Below, one piece after another: positions 50,340-58,407 of a DNA stretch of 64,000 nt (the stretch's first letter is position 1; every line of letters starts with the position of its first letter). The stretch is from assembly GCA_002418965.1 (NCBI GenBank), contig DIFD01000018.1, positions 289,834 through 353,833 of the forward strand, given 5' to 3'. The position numbers were made by a program, and so were the translations under genes. The stretch comes from Peptococcaceae bacterium UBA5757 (GTDB lineage: Bacteria; Bacillota; Dehalobacteriia; UBA4068). Under the pieces are notes generated by a model. It made no database searches and was not told where the DNA came from. It worked only from the letters and a program-made list of their open reading frames with translations.

Positions 50340-51950
50340 CTATTCAGCTGGAGTTACTCTTGAACGTCTGAAGCGCCGTTTGAGAATCTTATTGACATAA
50401 TCGGCTTCTTCCATCTTTAAAAGATTGGCTATCAACATATAAACACCTACGCCTACGGGAATAGAAACCGCGATTTGTATGATTTGAGCGATCTTTGCTT
50501 CAACCCCGAAAACAGCTTCACAACCAAATGATGCCAGCCAGACGACAAGCCCCATCAATGTGCTGGTTAACACAGTCTTGCTAAAAGAAATAAGTAGGTT
50601 TTTTCCGTCTATATCGCCGCGTTTACGTTGCCATAACAATAACAGAACCACCATATTAATAATTCCGGCTATCGAGTAAGCCAGCGCCAACCCGTCTTGC
50701 GCCATGAAGCGTACCAATAAAAGACTGCAGCCGATATTGACCGCAATCGCCATGATACCGGCCAAAACCGGAGTCATCGTATCATGCAACGAATAAAAGA
50801 CCCGGCTTAAAACATGGATGGCACCGTAGGCAAACAGGCCGATACAATAATAAAGCAATACTTCGGCTGTGGCCAAAGTGGAAGCATGCGTAAAAGCGCC
50901 GGACTTGAATTCGAACATAAAGCGGATGATCGGCACACGTAAAACAGCAATACCCACGGCCGCGGGAACCGTAACAAAAACCACAGAACGGAGGCCTAAA
51001 GATGCTGTGGCCTTGAAATCCTCATCTTCGTGACGGGCAAACTGGGCTGTCAAAGAAGGGAAAACAGCAACCGCAATCGCGATGGCAAAAACGCCTATAG
51101 GCAATTGCATAATCCGTTGCGCCGTCCTTAATGCCGCAACCATTCCCTCAGGCAAACCGGATGCCAGGTTTTGGTTGATAAAGAGATTGATCTGACTGAC
51201 GGAAAGCCCGATAATCACCGGAATTATCAGTAAGATTAATTCTTTGACGCCCGGATGCATGAAATTAAAACTGAAGGTATAGCGGATTCCAACTTTTTTT
51301 AACGCCGGCACCTGAACCAAAAAATTGATGGCGGAACCGATCACGACACCAACAGAAAACCCTGCAATACCATATCCTGGCCAAAAATGTTCAATGGGTA
51401 CCGCCAAAAACAAACCACCCAAAATAATACCCAGGTTATATAAAACGGATCCCAGGGCGGGGGTTGTAAAATGCTTATAGGAATTGAGTATCCCCATGGA
51501 TATCCCCGATAAACACATAAAAAATACCTGGGCAAACATAATTCTTGTTAAGACGATGGTCATCTCCAGGGAGCGTCCGTCAAAACCCGGAACCAAAAGA
51601 TGGATCAACTGCGGCATATAGATGCAACCCAGGGTTACACCCACCGTCAAAAGCAGCATCACCCAGTTAAAGATGATACTGGCGACTTCCCAGCCTTCTT
51701 TTTCCCTGTTTGTGGCAATATAAGAAGAAAATACCGGGATAAAGGCAGAACTCAAAGCACCTCCGACCAAGAGCATATATAAAAAATCAGGGATTGAAAA
51801 AGCAGCATTGTAGGCATCGGTAATACGGTTTTGGCCAAACTGCGTATAGATAAAGACATCTCTTAAATATCCTAAAATACGGGAAAGGACCATCGTAACC
51901 ATCAAAAAACCGGCGGCGCGAACCACGGTAATTCTTTGCCCTTTTTCCAT
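50340..51950 (-). CDS. murJ: Lipid II flippase MurJ (MviN type)
   Basis: SRILGYLRD, DAYNAAFSIPD, GGALSSAFIPVF, QLPIGVF, FYSLHDTMTP; about 14 TM segments. Confidence 0.93.
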   Translation of the reverse strand: MEKGQRITVVRAAGFLMVTMVLSRILGYLRDVFIYTQFGQNRITDAYNAAFSIPDFLYMLLVGGALSSAFIPVFSSYIATNREKEGWEVASIIFNWVMLLLTVGVTLGCIYMPQLIHLLVPGFDGRSLEMTIVLTRIMFAQVFFMCLSGISMGILNSYKHFTTPALGSVLYNLGIILGGLFLAVPIEHFWPGYGIAGFSVGVVIGSAINFLVQVPALKKVGIRYTFSFNFMHPGVKELILLIIPVIIGLSVSQINLFINQNLASGLPEGMVAALRTAQRIMQLPIGVFAIAIAVAVFPSLTAQFARHEDEDFKATASLGLRSVVFVTVPAAVGIAVLRVPIIRFMFEFKSGAFTHASTLATAEVLLYYCIGLFAYGAIHVLSRVFYSLHDTMTPVLAGIMAIAVNIGCSLLLVRFMAQDGLALAYSIAGIINMVVLLLLWQRKRGDIDGKNLLISFSKTVLTSTLMGLVVWLASFGCEAVFGVEAKIAQIIQIAVSIPVGVGVYMLIANLLKMEEADYVNKILKRRFRRSRVTPAE

Positions 51951-52009
51951 GTGGTTTCCCCTTTTAAATCAAAATACTTGTCCAACTCTTAAAAAGAATT
52001 ATGATGTCA

Positions 52010-52156
52010 TGGCTGCAAACTGGCTCCGGCTTTTTGATAAAGTCGACCGGACTATGACGTAGCAATCCATATCGCGGCGCAAAGCACCGCAACCCATTAA
52101 AAAGCGCGGCTAAAAAACAGCTTTGTTAGTTTATCTTCCGTGGATATTATACCACA
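52010..52156 (-). ncRNA. Candidate structured ncRNA unit 3 (paralogue of unit 1), also the 5' region of murJ
   Basis: Begins at TGTGGTATAAT; shares several conserved blocks with 52320-52490; hairpins GCGGUG-CUUUG-CGCCGC and GGAUUG-N8-UAGUCC. Confidence 0.5.
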
Positions 52157-52159
52157 AAA

Positions 52160-52320
52160 CAGCGTCAAAGCCACAGGTTTTGTAAACGCCTAAGCGTTTA
52201 CACGTTGCACAAAAAAAGCGACTGCCACTTACGATGTAATGAGCACTCAATAAAATCATAATGCCGCAGTATGCGGCACTAAAAAGCGCTGCCCTTTTAG
52301 TTTTGTGTTCATTATACCAT
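52160..52320 (-). ncRNA. Candidate ncRNA unit 2 (divergent member of the tandem array)
   Basis: Begins at TATGGTATAAT; AAACUAA followed by a first hairpin similar to unit 3; UGCCGCA-UAC-UGCGGCA hairpin; ends in a weak hairpin plus U7. Confidence 0.4.
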
Positions 52321-52490
52321 ATCCTGCCGCTGCAAACCAACCGATGGATTATCGGCCGTTTAACGGCGGTGTCCGTTCTTTGCCGACCGTTCTGTGGATT
52401 ATTAATCCTCATCACGGCGCAAAGCCGTAACCCGGCAAAAGCATGGGTACAAACAGCTTTGTAAGTTTTTCATGCGGATAGTATAACACA
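52320..52490 (-). ncRNA. Candidate structured ncRNA unit 1
   Basis: Begins at TGTGTTATACT; five short hairpins plus an enclosing UUUGCCG/CGGCAAA stem; paralogous to unit 3. Confidence 0.5.
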
Positions 52491-52527
52491 AGTACTTTCA
52501 TTTTTACATCTTACTTCTCTTGAGCGT

Positions 52528-53532
52528 CTATTTTAGAATCTCGGACAAAGTTTTTGCGATCATTTGCGCGCTCGCTTTGGCCTCTGCTAAGGTATTATCC
52601 GTAGATCCCACCTCCAAAAGGATACATTTGGGAGAAAAGTGTTGATTATAGCGTCCGTCCTGCACCCTGACCCCGCGTAAAATCCCCGGGTAGTTTTTCT
52701 CCAAGAGGCTGCCGATGCTTTGAGAAAAAGCCAGGTTTTCTTTCCAGTTATCATGTGTTAACCGCTGATTGCTGCCCACGATCAACATCACTTTGGCGGC
52801 CTTCTTCCCGTCATTTTCAAACGTAGTCGACACCCCCTCAAATGCAGCGTCACGGTGCACATCGATATATATCTGCAAAGATGGGTACTTTTTCTTCATC
52901 TTTTTTAGACTCTCCAAAGAATTTGCGTAAGACTTGGTCCACTCGGGGTAATCATGGATTGTTTCACAAAGAACAGTCTGGATGCCAGTTTTTTCCAAAC
53001 TGGACTGAAGCTGTTTTGCCACTTCAAAAACACCGCCATTTTTCCCTTCCAACCTATCCGCCCCCATATTGGCATAACTTTCCGCATTATGCGTGCAATA
53101 GATACAGACAATGGGGCCCTCTATTGGTGATTCATCAGCGTTTTTGGCGTTATCTTTCGGAGTCTCCTCTTGTTCTTCGATTTTTTCTCCTTCAGGTTGA
53201 GTAGGCTCCGCTTCCAGCAGCTCTTCTCCATCTTCAGAAAAATCCGGATCTGCCGTGGCTGTGACAATTGGCTCTATCATTAAACTGCTGCTGGCCAAAA
53301 CATATTTAGGAGAGACAAGCTTTTGCAAAACCTGTGCGAAGGTTAGCGGTGTGGGGTCAAGAGAACGGGCAGGCAAGGTGACAGAAATCATCGATTTTGC
53401 CCAATCGCCTTCAAAGAATGTTCCGATTTGAAGAACGGGAAGCAAACGAAATCCAGTGTAAAACCCGATGATCAAGACTAATGTAAATATCCAAATGATA
53501 ATCGATCGCAAACCACGCCTACGTCCAAACAT
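52528..53532 (-). CDS. spoIIP: Stage II sporulation protein P (septal peptidoglycan hydrolase)
   Basis: IYCTHNAESY, HDYPEWTKSYANS, YIDVHRDA, VMLIVGS, RYNQHFSP..ILLEVG. Confidence 0.92.
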   Translation of the reverse strand: MFGRRRGLRSIIIWIFTLVLIIGFYTGFRLLPVLQIGTFFEGDWAKSMISVTLPARSLDPTPLTFAQVLQKLVSPKYVLASSSLMIEPIVTATADPDFSEDGEELLEAEPTQPEGEKIEEQEETPKDNAKNADESPIEGPIVCIYCTHNAESYANMGADRLEGKNGGVFEVAKQLQSSLEKTGIQTVLCETIHDYPEWTKSYANSLESLKKMKKKYPSLQIYIDVHRDAAFEGVSTTFENDGKKAAKVMLIVGSNQRLTHDNWKENLAFSQSIGSLLEKNYPGILRGVRVQDGRYNQHFSPKCILLEVGSTDNTLAEAKASAQMIAKTLSEILK

Positions 53533-53552
53533 TTGTCCACCTCCCGCCTTTT

Positions 53553-53586
53553 ATTATAAATATGCGGCAGATCAATGGGTATGAAC
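53553..53586 (-). promoter_or_regulatory. Putative SigE-type mother-cell promoter of spoIIP
   Basis: TCATACC-N13-CATATTTA upstream of the GGGAGGTGG RBS. Confidence 0.45.
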
Positions 53587-53594
53587 ATTCGATA

Positions 53595-53660
53595 AAAAAA
53601 TAAAAGCCTAAACAAAAATCCTATCCGCGCGGATAAGAGCTTTTGTTTAAGCTTTTTGTT
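53595..53660 (-). terminator. Long terminator hairpin after rpsT
   Basis: AAAAGC(C)TAAACAAAAA...TTTTTGTTTA(A)GCTTTT stem with an inner TATCCGCGCGGATA palindrome and a T-tract on the minus strand. Confidence 0.7.
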
Positions 53661-53678
53661 TATAAAAATAACTTGACA

Positions 53679-53939
53679 CTACATTTGGCTGACGGCTTTA
53701 TAAAGGTTGGATTTACGGCGAGCAGCGGCGTTTTTGTGGAGAACACCCTTGGTAACGGTTTTATCTAAAACGCTAACGGTTTGAACCAGTTGTGCTTCTG
53801 CTTCTTCTTTATTGCCGGCCTGAACGGTTTCGGCAAATTTTTTCAACTGGCTTTTCATTTGCGATTTAATAGCAGCATTCCTCTGACGACGGGTCTCAGC
53901 TACGATTACACGTTTTTTAGCAGATTTAATATTCGGCAT
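53679..53939 (-). CDS. rpsT: 30S ribosomal protein S20
   Basis: MPNIKSAKKRV...KGVLHKNAAARRKS; AGGAGGTG RBS. Confidence 0.98.
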   Translation of the reverse strand: MPNIKSAKKRVIVAETRRQRNAAIKSQMKSQLKKFAETVQAGNKEEAEAQLVQTVSVLDKTVTKGVLHKNAAARRKSNLYKAVSQM

Positions 53940-54004
53940 GCTTGTCACCTCCTCTTGGGATATAATTCTATCTAAACGATTGTTTTTTTACATAACTAAC
54001 GATT

Positions 54005-54033
54005 ATTGTACCATCGACTTAGCTAAAATGCAA
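54005..54033 (-). promoter_or_regulatory. SigA-type promoter of rpsT
   Basis: TTGCAT-N17-TACAAT with TG extension. Confidence 0.7.
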
Positions 54034-54049
54034 GTTAAATCAATAAATT

Positions 54050-55084
54050 TTAAGAACAAATACGAATAATAGCCAATTCTAAATCACAGACAATCTCTCC
54101 TTGCCCTGTTTTATTTGCGATATCCACATTCAAAAACAATTCCAAAGAACGGATTAAACCGGCTAAAGATAGATTTTTGCAGGCCATACGGTTCTTTTTA
54201 ACCACAAATGGATGCAAGTGCAACTGGCTAACGATATCCGCTTCTCCAAACCCCCGAGCCGAAAGATCAAAAATCATCAGCATATTGTGCAGCTGCCCAC
54301 CTAAATATGCCAAAATCTTCTGCGGTGCCTCTCCCTGCTCCAGCATATCACGGTAAATTGCCACAGCTTTTACGCCATCCTTAGCAGCAATGGCGTCGAT
54401 CAGGTTGAATTGGTTTAAGATACTGCCGCGGCTAGCCACATCCTCAACATCACGGCGTGTGACTTTCGGCTTGTCCTGACAATAGGAACAGATTTTTGCA
54501 ATTTCGTTCTGTAAAAAATAGAGACTCGATCCAGCGATCACAAGCAGATATTCCACTGCGTCATTGTCCGCCTTTTTGCCCAGATGCAGAAAAGTTTTTT
54601 GCGCCCAATCCGATAGCGCGGTTCCTTTTAAAGCGGCAAACTCGACGATCCGCCCGGCTTTTTCGATCGCTTTAACAATTTTACGTCTTTTATCGATTTC
54701 GCCGTTGACGGTGAAAATCAGGCAGTTTTCCGGCACCGGATCAGTCAAATAATCCAGTAAAGCCTGCATATCTTCTTTGGTGTCTACCTCTTCTTGCGCA
54801 TCATCCAGATCTAATTTAGCGGATTTTTTTTGAAACCATGCTACATTGCGCACGACGATCAGACGTCTTGTGGAAAAAAACGGAGCCGTGGAGGCCGCCA
54901 CAATAATTTTGGAAAGATCGGTTGTCTGGCCGTCAAAATAATCAAGGTTCCAGTTATTGCCGTCGGGAGCGACCAAAGCAGCGATTGACTTAATCACTTC
55001 ATCCTGCAAATAGGGCTCCTCACCGTAAAAGAGATAGACAGGGGACAATAACCCTTTGGCAATGCTATCCTTTAATTGTCTCAT
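54050..55084 (-). CDS. holA: DNA polymerase III delta subunit
   Basis: VYLFYGEEPYL, APFFSTRRLIVV, DKRRK, NEIAKI, LHPFVVKK; follows comEC. Confidence 0.92.
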   Translation of the reverse strand: MRQLKDSIAKGLLSPVYLFYGEEPYLQDEVIKSIAALVAPDGNNWNLDYFDGQTTDLSKIIVAASTAPFFSTRRLIVVRNVAWFQKKSAKLDLDDAQEEVDTKEDMQALLDYLTDPVPENCLIFTVNGEIDKRRKIVKAIEKAGRIVEFAALKGTALSDWAQKTFLHLGKKADNDAVEYLLVIAGSSLYFLQNEIAKICSYCQDKPKVTRRDVEDVASRGSILNQFNLIDAIAAKDGVKAVAIYRDMLEQGEAPQKILAYLGGQLHNMLMIFDLSARGFGEADIVSQLHLHPFVVKKNRMACKNLSLAGLIRSLELFLNVDIANKTGQGEIVCDLELAIIRICS

Positions 55085-55109
55085 TTTCTACCTCCTTTTA
55101 TGGATTCTG

Positions 55110-57491
55110 CTATTGTTGAGTAGTTACTTGAATCCGGCTTCCATCTGTGAACATGATAATGGCACCGTCCTGATCCGTGCGAAAATAGGTGATTTGGGTT
55201 TGTTGCAAATAATCTAAAACAACAGCAGCTGGGTGCCCATAAAGATTGTTTTCTCCCACACTGATAACACAATAATCCGGGGCCACCTGCTCATAAAATG
55301 CGTCAGCAAAACTGGTCTTGCTGCCATGATGCGGGACCTTCAGTACTTCGGAGTCAATCGGATCGGCTATTATAGACGCTAATTCAGTATAATCAGCGTC
55401 GCCTGTAAAAAGAAAGTCGATATCTTCATAGCTCAATTTGCAGATCAACGACCCTCCGTTTTCCTCCCCTTCGGCAAACGTTTCTCCGGCATCCGGAGCA
55501 TAGACGGTCAAATACAAACCATCTTCCAGGCGGTAAACGTCACCACGGCAGGCAATATCGATTTGGGTGCCATGGTCTTTTGCCGTATCGATCAGTTGGT
55601 CATACAGCTCGCATTCAGGGTATGCGTCGGCTACCAACAAACGGTCAACTTCCAAATCACCAAAAAGCGCCAGGAAGCTACCGGTATGGTCTGCATGCGG
55701 GTGACTGGCAATCATTAGGTCGATATCGGAAACATTGCGGTAACGCAAATAGGGGATCAGCACCTGATCCGCAATACTAGTATCTCCCATTTTACCGCCG
55801 CCGTCAAGCAATATGGTATTGCCCTGTGGTGTTAAAATAAAGACCGCGTCCCCCTGACCCACATCCAAAAAATCGACTTCCAGCACAGCACCCTGCAAAT
55901 CAGCATGGACTGGACTCGTAACCGGAGCCGTTGCTAATGGTACGATAAAGACGATCATCGCAGCGGCCAATACTGCCACAGCAACTTTTTTGCCATATTT
56001 TCTATATAACGGAACCGCAACAATCAGAATCGACAAATAAACCAAAATCAATGCCCACCCGGGTTTGGCTAGATACATGCTGGCAAACGGTACTTTTTCA
56101 GCCAGTTGGGCGCAAGCAAAGATAAAATCCATCAACAATCCGGCTGCATACAATGGTAAAACCGCTATCGCTGCTCCCAAAACGGCGCCAAAGGCAGCGC
56201 AGACAGACAAAATCACCACAAAACCGATCAAAGGAAGTAAGACAGGTGAAATAACGAAACCGATCAAAGAAGCGATGGAAAAATAATAGGCAATCAAAGG
56301 CATGATACATAAAGACGCTGCTAAGGATATGGAGAAAGCGTCTTTGAGCATTTCGCCGAAGCTGCTCGTGCCAGGCAGAATCTTTTGCCATAGGGGCATA
56401 AGGTAAGCAATCCCCAATACCGAAGTAAAAGACAGCAAAAATCCCGCGTCCGTAATCCATAAAGGGCGCGCCAACAGACAAAGCAGTGCTGCAATGCCCA
56501 CAGAGGTATACAGATCGGTCTTTTCATCCAAAACCAACGCCAACAGCAACAAAAATCCCATCACACAGGATCGTACCACAGGGGGCGCAATCCCTGTCAT
56601 CAAAAGATAAAATAGCAGTAAAAAACAGGCTATGGCAAAACCAGACCAGCGCCAACGCCGCCTGAGCTTAACCAAAGCCGCTCCCAAAAGGATAACATAG
56701 GCCACATGCAAACCGGAAACACTAAAAGCATGCTGAATCCCCGTCGCAACCAGAACATCCTTTGCTTCCCGGTCAATCTCCGTTTTGTCACCCAAAAAAA
56801 CGCCTGCGATAAACGCCGCCTGTCGGGCCGGCAGTTGTCCAAGCGCCGAATCAAAGTTCTGTTTGACGCAGGAAACAGCCCACATCAAAGCATTGCCGGT
56901 TCGCTCTCCGTCTAACTTCCCAACAGCGTTGTCACCATACGCCAAGACGCAAGCCGCAACCCCCTGCTTTTTTAAATATTCCCTGTAATTAAAAGCCCCG
57001 GGGTTAAGATAAAAAGAATCTTCCGCTATGGTGCCGGTTATCTGAAAGTTTTGCCCATAAAGGATATAATCTCCCGGATCTCCCTTGGCATAAACCTGAA
57101 CAATACAATCATACGGCTCTCCGTCGATCTGCTTCGTATGCAGCCTCAGCATATAATTGCCGTCGCTGTCAGCCAGCGCATTATCTGTTGCGTAGCCCTT
57201 CATTTGTACAGATTCTTTTGCCTGATACGGGAAAACTTCTTGGGTGGCAAAAGCAACACTCATCCAAAAAACGCCCACAAAAAAAGAAAATAAAAGCAGC
57301 CCCCAAATCTGTTTTTGCCGTAAAGCAAATACAGAAACGACAGCTGCCGCTACGATCATAAATATAGAAGTGAAAACGGGAATTTGCCAAAGGTTAGACA
57401 AAGCCAGACCGAGCATAAACGTCATACAATGCCAAAATAAAGGCCTGTCCAAAACAAAATCTGCCCGTTTGCCTTGTGCCTTAGTCCACAC
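55110..57491 (-). CDS. comEC: DNA uptake channel ComEC/Rec2 with C-terminal metallo-beta-lactamase domain
   Basis: GIQHAFSVSGLHV, PPVVRSCVM, GFLLSF, FLDVGQGDA, LLDGGG, SHPHADH, FTGDA, LKVPHHGS, ISVGENNLYGHP, RTDQDGAI. Confidence 0.96.
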   Translation of the reverse strand: MWTKAQGKRADFVLDRPLFWHCMTFMLGLALSNLWQIPVFTSIFMIVAAAVVSVFALRQKQIWGLLLFSFFVGVFWMSVAFATQEVFPYQAKESVQMKGYATDNALADSDGNYMLRLHTKQIDGEPYDCIVQVYAKGDPGDYILYGQNFQITGTIAEDSFYLNPGAFNYREYLKKQGVAACVLAYGDNAVGKLDGERTGNALMWAVSCVKQNFDSALGQLPARQAAFIAGVFLGDKTEIDREAKDVLVATGIQHAFSVSGLHVAYVILLGAALVKLRRRWRWSGFAIACFLLLFYLLMTGIAPPVVRSCVMGFLLLLALVLDEKTDLYTSVGIAALLCLLARPLWITDAGFLLSFTSVLGIAYLMPLWQKILPGTSSFGEMLKDAFSISLAASLCIMPLIAYYFSIASLIGFVISPVLLPLIGFVVILSVCAAFGAVLGAAIAVLPLYAAGLLMDFIFACAQLAEKVPFASMYLAKPGWALILVYLSILIVAVPLYRKYGKKVAVAVLAAAMIVFIVPLATAPVTSPVHADLQGAVLEVDFLDVGQGDAVFILTPQGNTILLDGGGKMGDTSIADQVLIPYLRYRNVSDIDLMIASHPHADHTGSFLALFGDLEVDRLLVADAYPECELYDQLIDTAKDHGTQIDIACRGDVYRLEDGLYLTVYAPDAGETFAEGEENGGSLICKLSYEDIDFLFTGDADYTELASIIADPIDSEVLKVPHHGSKTSFADAFYEQVAPDYCVISVGENNLYGHPAAVVLDYLQQTQITYFRTDQDGAIIMFTDGSRIQVTTQQ

Positions 57492-57984
57492 AAATCTGCT
57501 CCTTTATTTTTTCGTATGTTTTTTCTCCGATTCCCGATACATTTGTAATATCCGCTATGGATGAAAAACCGCCTTTTGTTTTGCGGTAATCGACAATGGC
57601 CTGCGCTTTGACTGGCCCGATGCCGGGCAAAGTTTCCAGCAAGGAAGTGTCTGCTTGGTTGATATTGATTTTTCCGTTCACCTGGGAGACATGATTGGCC
57701 GACTCGGTTTTTGAAGCGGATGACTCACCGCTTGATTCCGGTGTAGACAGCCCCTCTTCTTGCTGCGATGCCACATTAGCTACGGAAGCGTCGGATGAAT
57801 CCTCTACTACAGAAAGCGGATCGGTTGTCTGTGAATCCTCCGTTTGGGAGGAGGATACTTTTTCCATAGCAAGCGCATTTTCGGAGCCGGATGCTATGTA
57901 CTTACCATACTGTACACCGCCACCAAAGGCAATGGCTAAAAAAATTGCGAAAATTAAAAAGTATTGTTTAGGAACGGAAGCCAT
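57481..57984 (-). CDS. comEA: Competence DNA receptor ComEA
   Basis: N-terminal TM, S/T-rich linker, C-terminal KININQAD..LLETLPGIGPVKAQAI...VSGIGEKTYEKI helix-hairpin-helix. Confidence 0.93.
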   Translation of the reverse strand: MASVPKQYFLIFAIFLAIAFGGGVQYGKYIASGSENALAMEKVSSSQTEDSQTTDPLSVVEDSSDASVANVASQQEEGLSTPESSGESSASKTESANHVSQVNGKININQADTSLLETLPGIGPVKAQAIVDYRKTKGGFSSIADITNVSGIGEKTYEKIKEQICVD

Positions 57985-58335
57985 TTAAATCACCTGCCAT
58001 ACGGATACACCAAAAAACAACACCCAACAAATTGACAACAAATAAAACCTATCCAAACCCTTCTTTTCGTTCATTACGACAAATTCTTAGCAAACCCTGC
58101 AAATTGTCGAATATTTCGCGATATTTCTTCATCAAAATACAACCCCGGCGTCGAAAACTGCGGTATAAGGATATGTTGCTAGCAAAAGTTTCAGCGGTAA
58201 TTGGGATAACGCAGCATACCCTTTTGTCTGTCATCGTAACGAAGGCAAAATACCTAAAAATAGCAAGAGATTGACCTCCCGTATTTAGCAGCGGGGAGTT
58301 TCGCCGACCATGTTTTGAGCAAAAGGGGTCAATCC

Positions 58336-58378
58336 AAAAAAATCGCTCCGCAGATCAACGATTTGCTGCGGAGCGATG
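58336..58378 (-). terminator. Terminator after leuS
   Basis: ATCGCTCCGCAG-N12-CTGCGGAGCGAT followed by TTTTTT on the minus strand. Confidence 0.85.
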
Positions 58379-58407
58379 ATATAAAACTCTCTTATTTTAC
58401 CAAACCC

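Noticed and set aside
52380-52400. GCCGACCGTTCTG on the plus strand resembles the 3' hairpin of the ZTP (pfl) riboswitch
   Set aside because: The 5' GUGACUGGCG part is missing, no gene lies downstream on that strand, and G-U pairs and promoters point to the minus strand.
52131-52464. ORF-track calls of 94 aa (minus) and 67 aa (plus) in the spoIIP-murJ gap
   Set aside because: No convincing RBS and no family motif; they run across three promoter boxes and the repeated structured units, and the frame is not conserved between paralogous units.
51998-52490. CRISPR-like periodicity
   Set aside because: The period is about 167 nt, the units are diverged, there is no identical 25-45 nt repeat and no cas genes.
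58032-58274. Short ORFs of 80 aa (plus) and 61 aa (minus) between comEA and leuS
   Set aside because: No RBS or recognisable motif, and they overlap the likely comE promoter region.
58280-58335. AGCGGGGAG...GGGGTCAATCC resembles part of the c-di-AMP (ydaO) riboswitch
   Set aside because: The flanking GCUGAAUCC and CAGCUAACC elements are absent, and this strand faces the 3' end of leuS with no gene to control.
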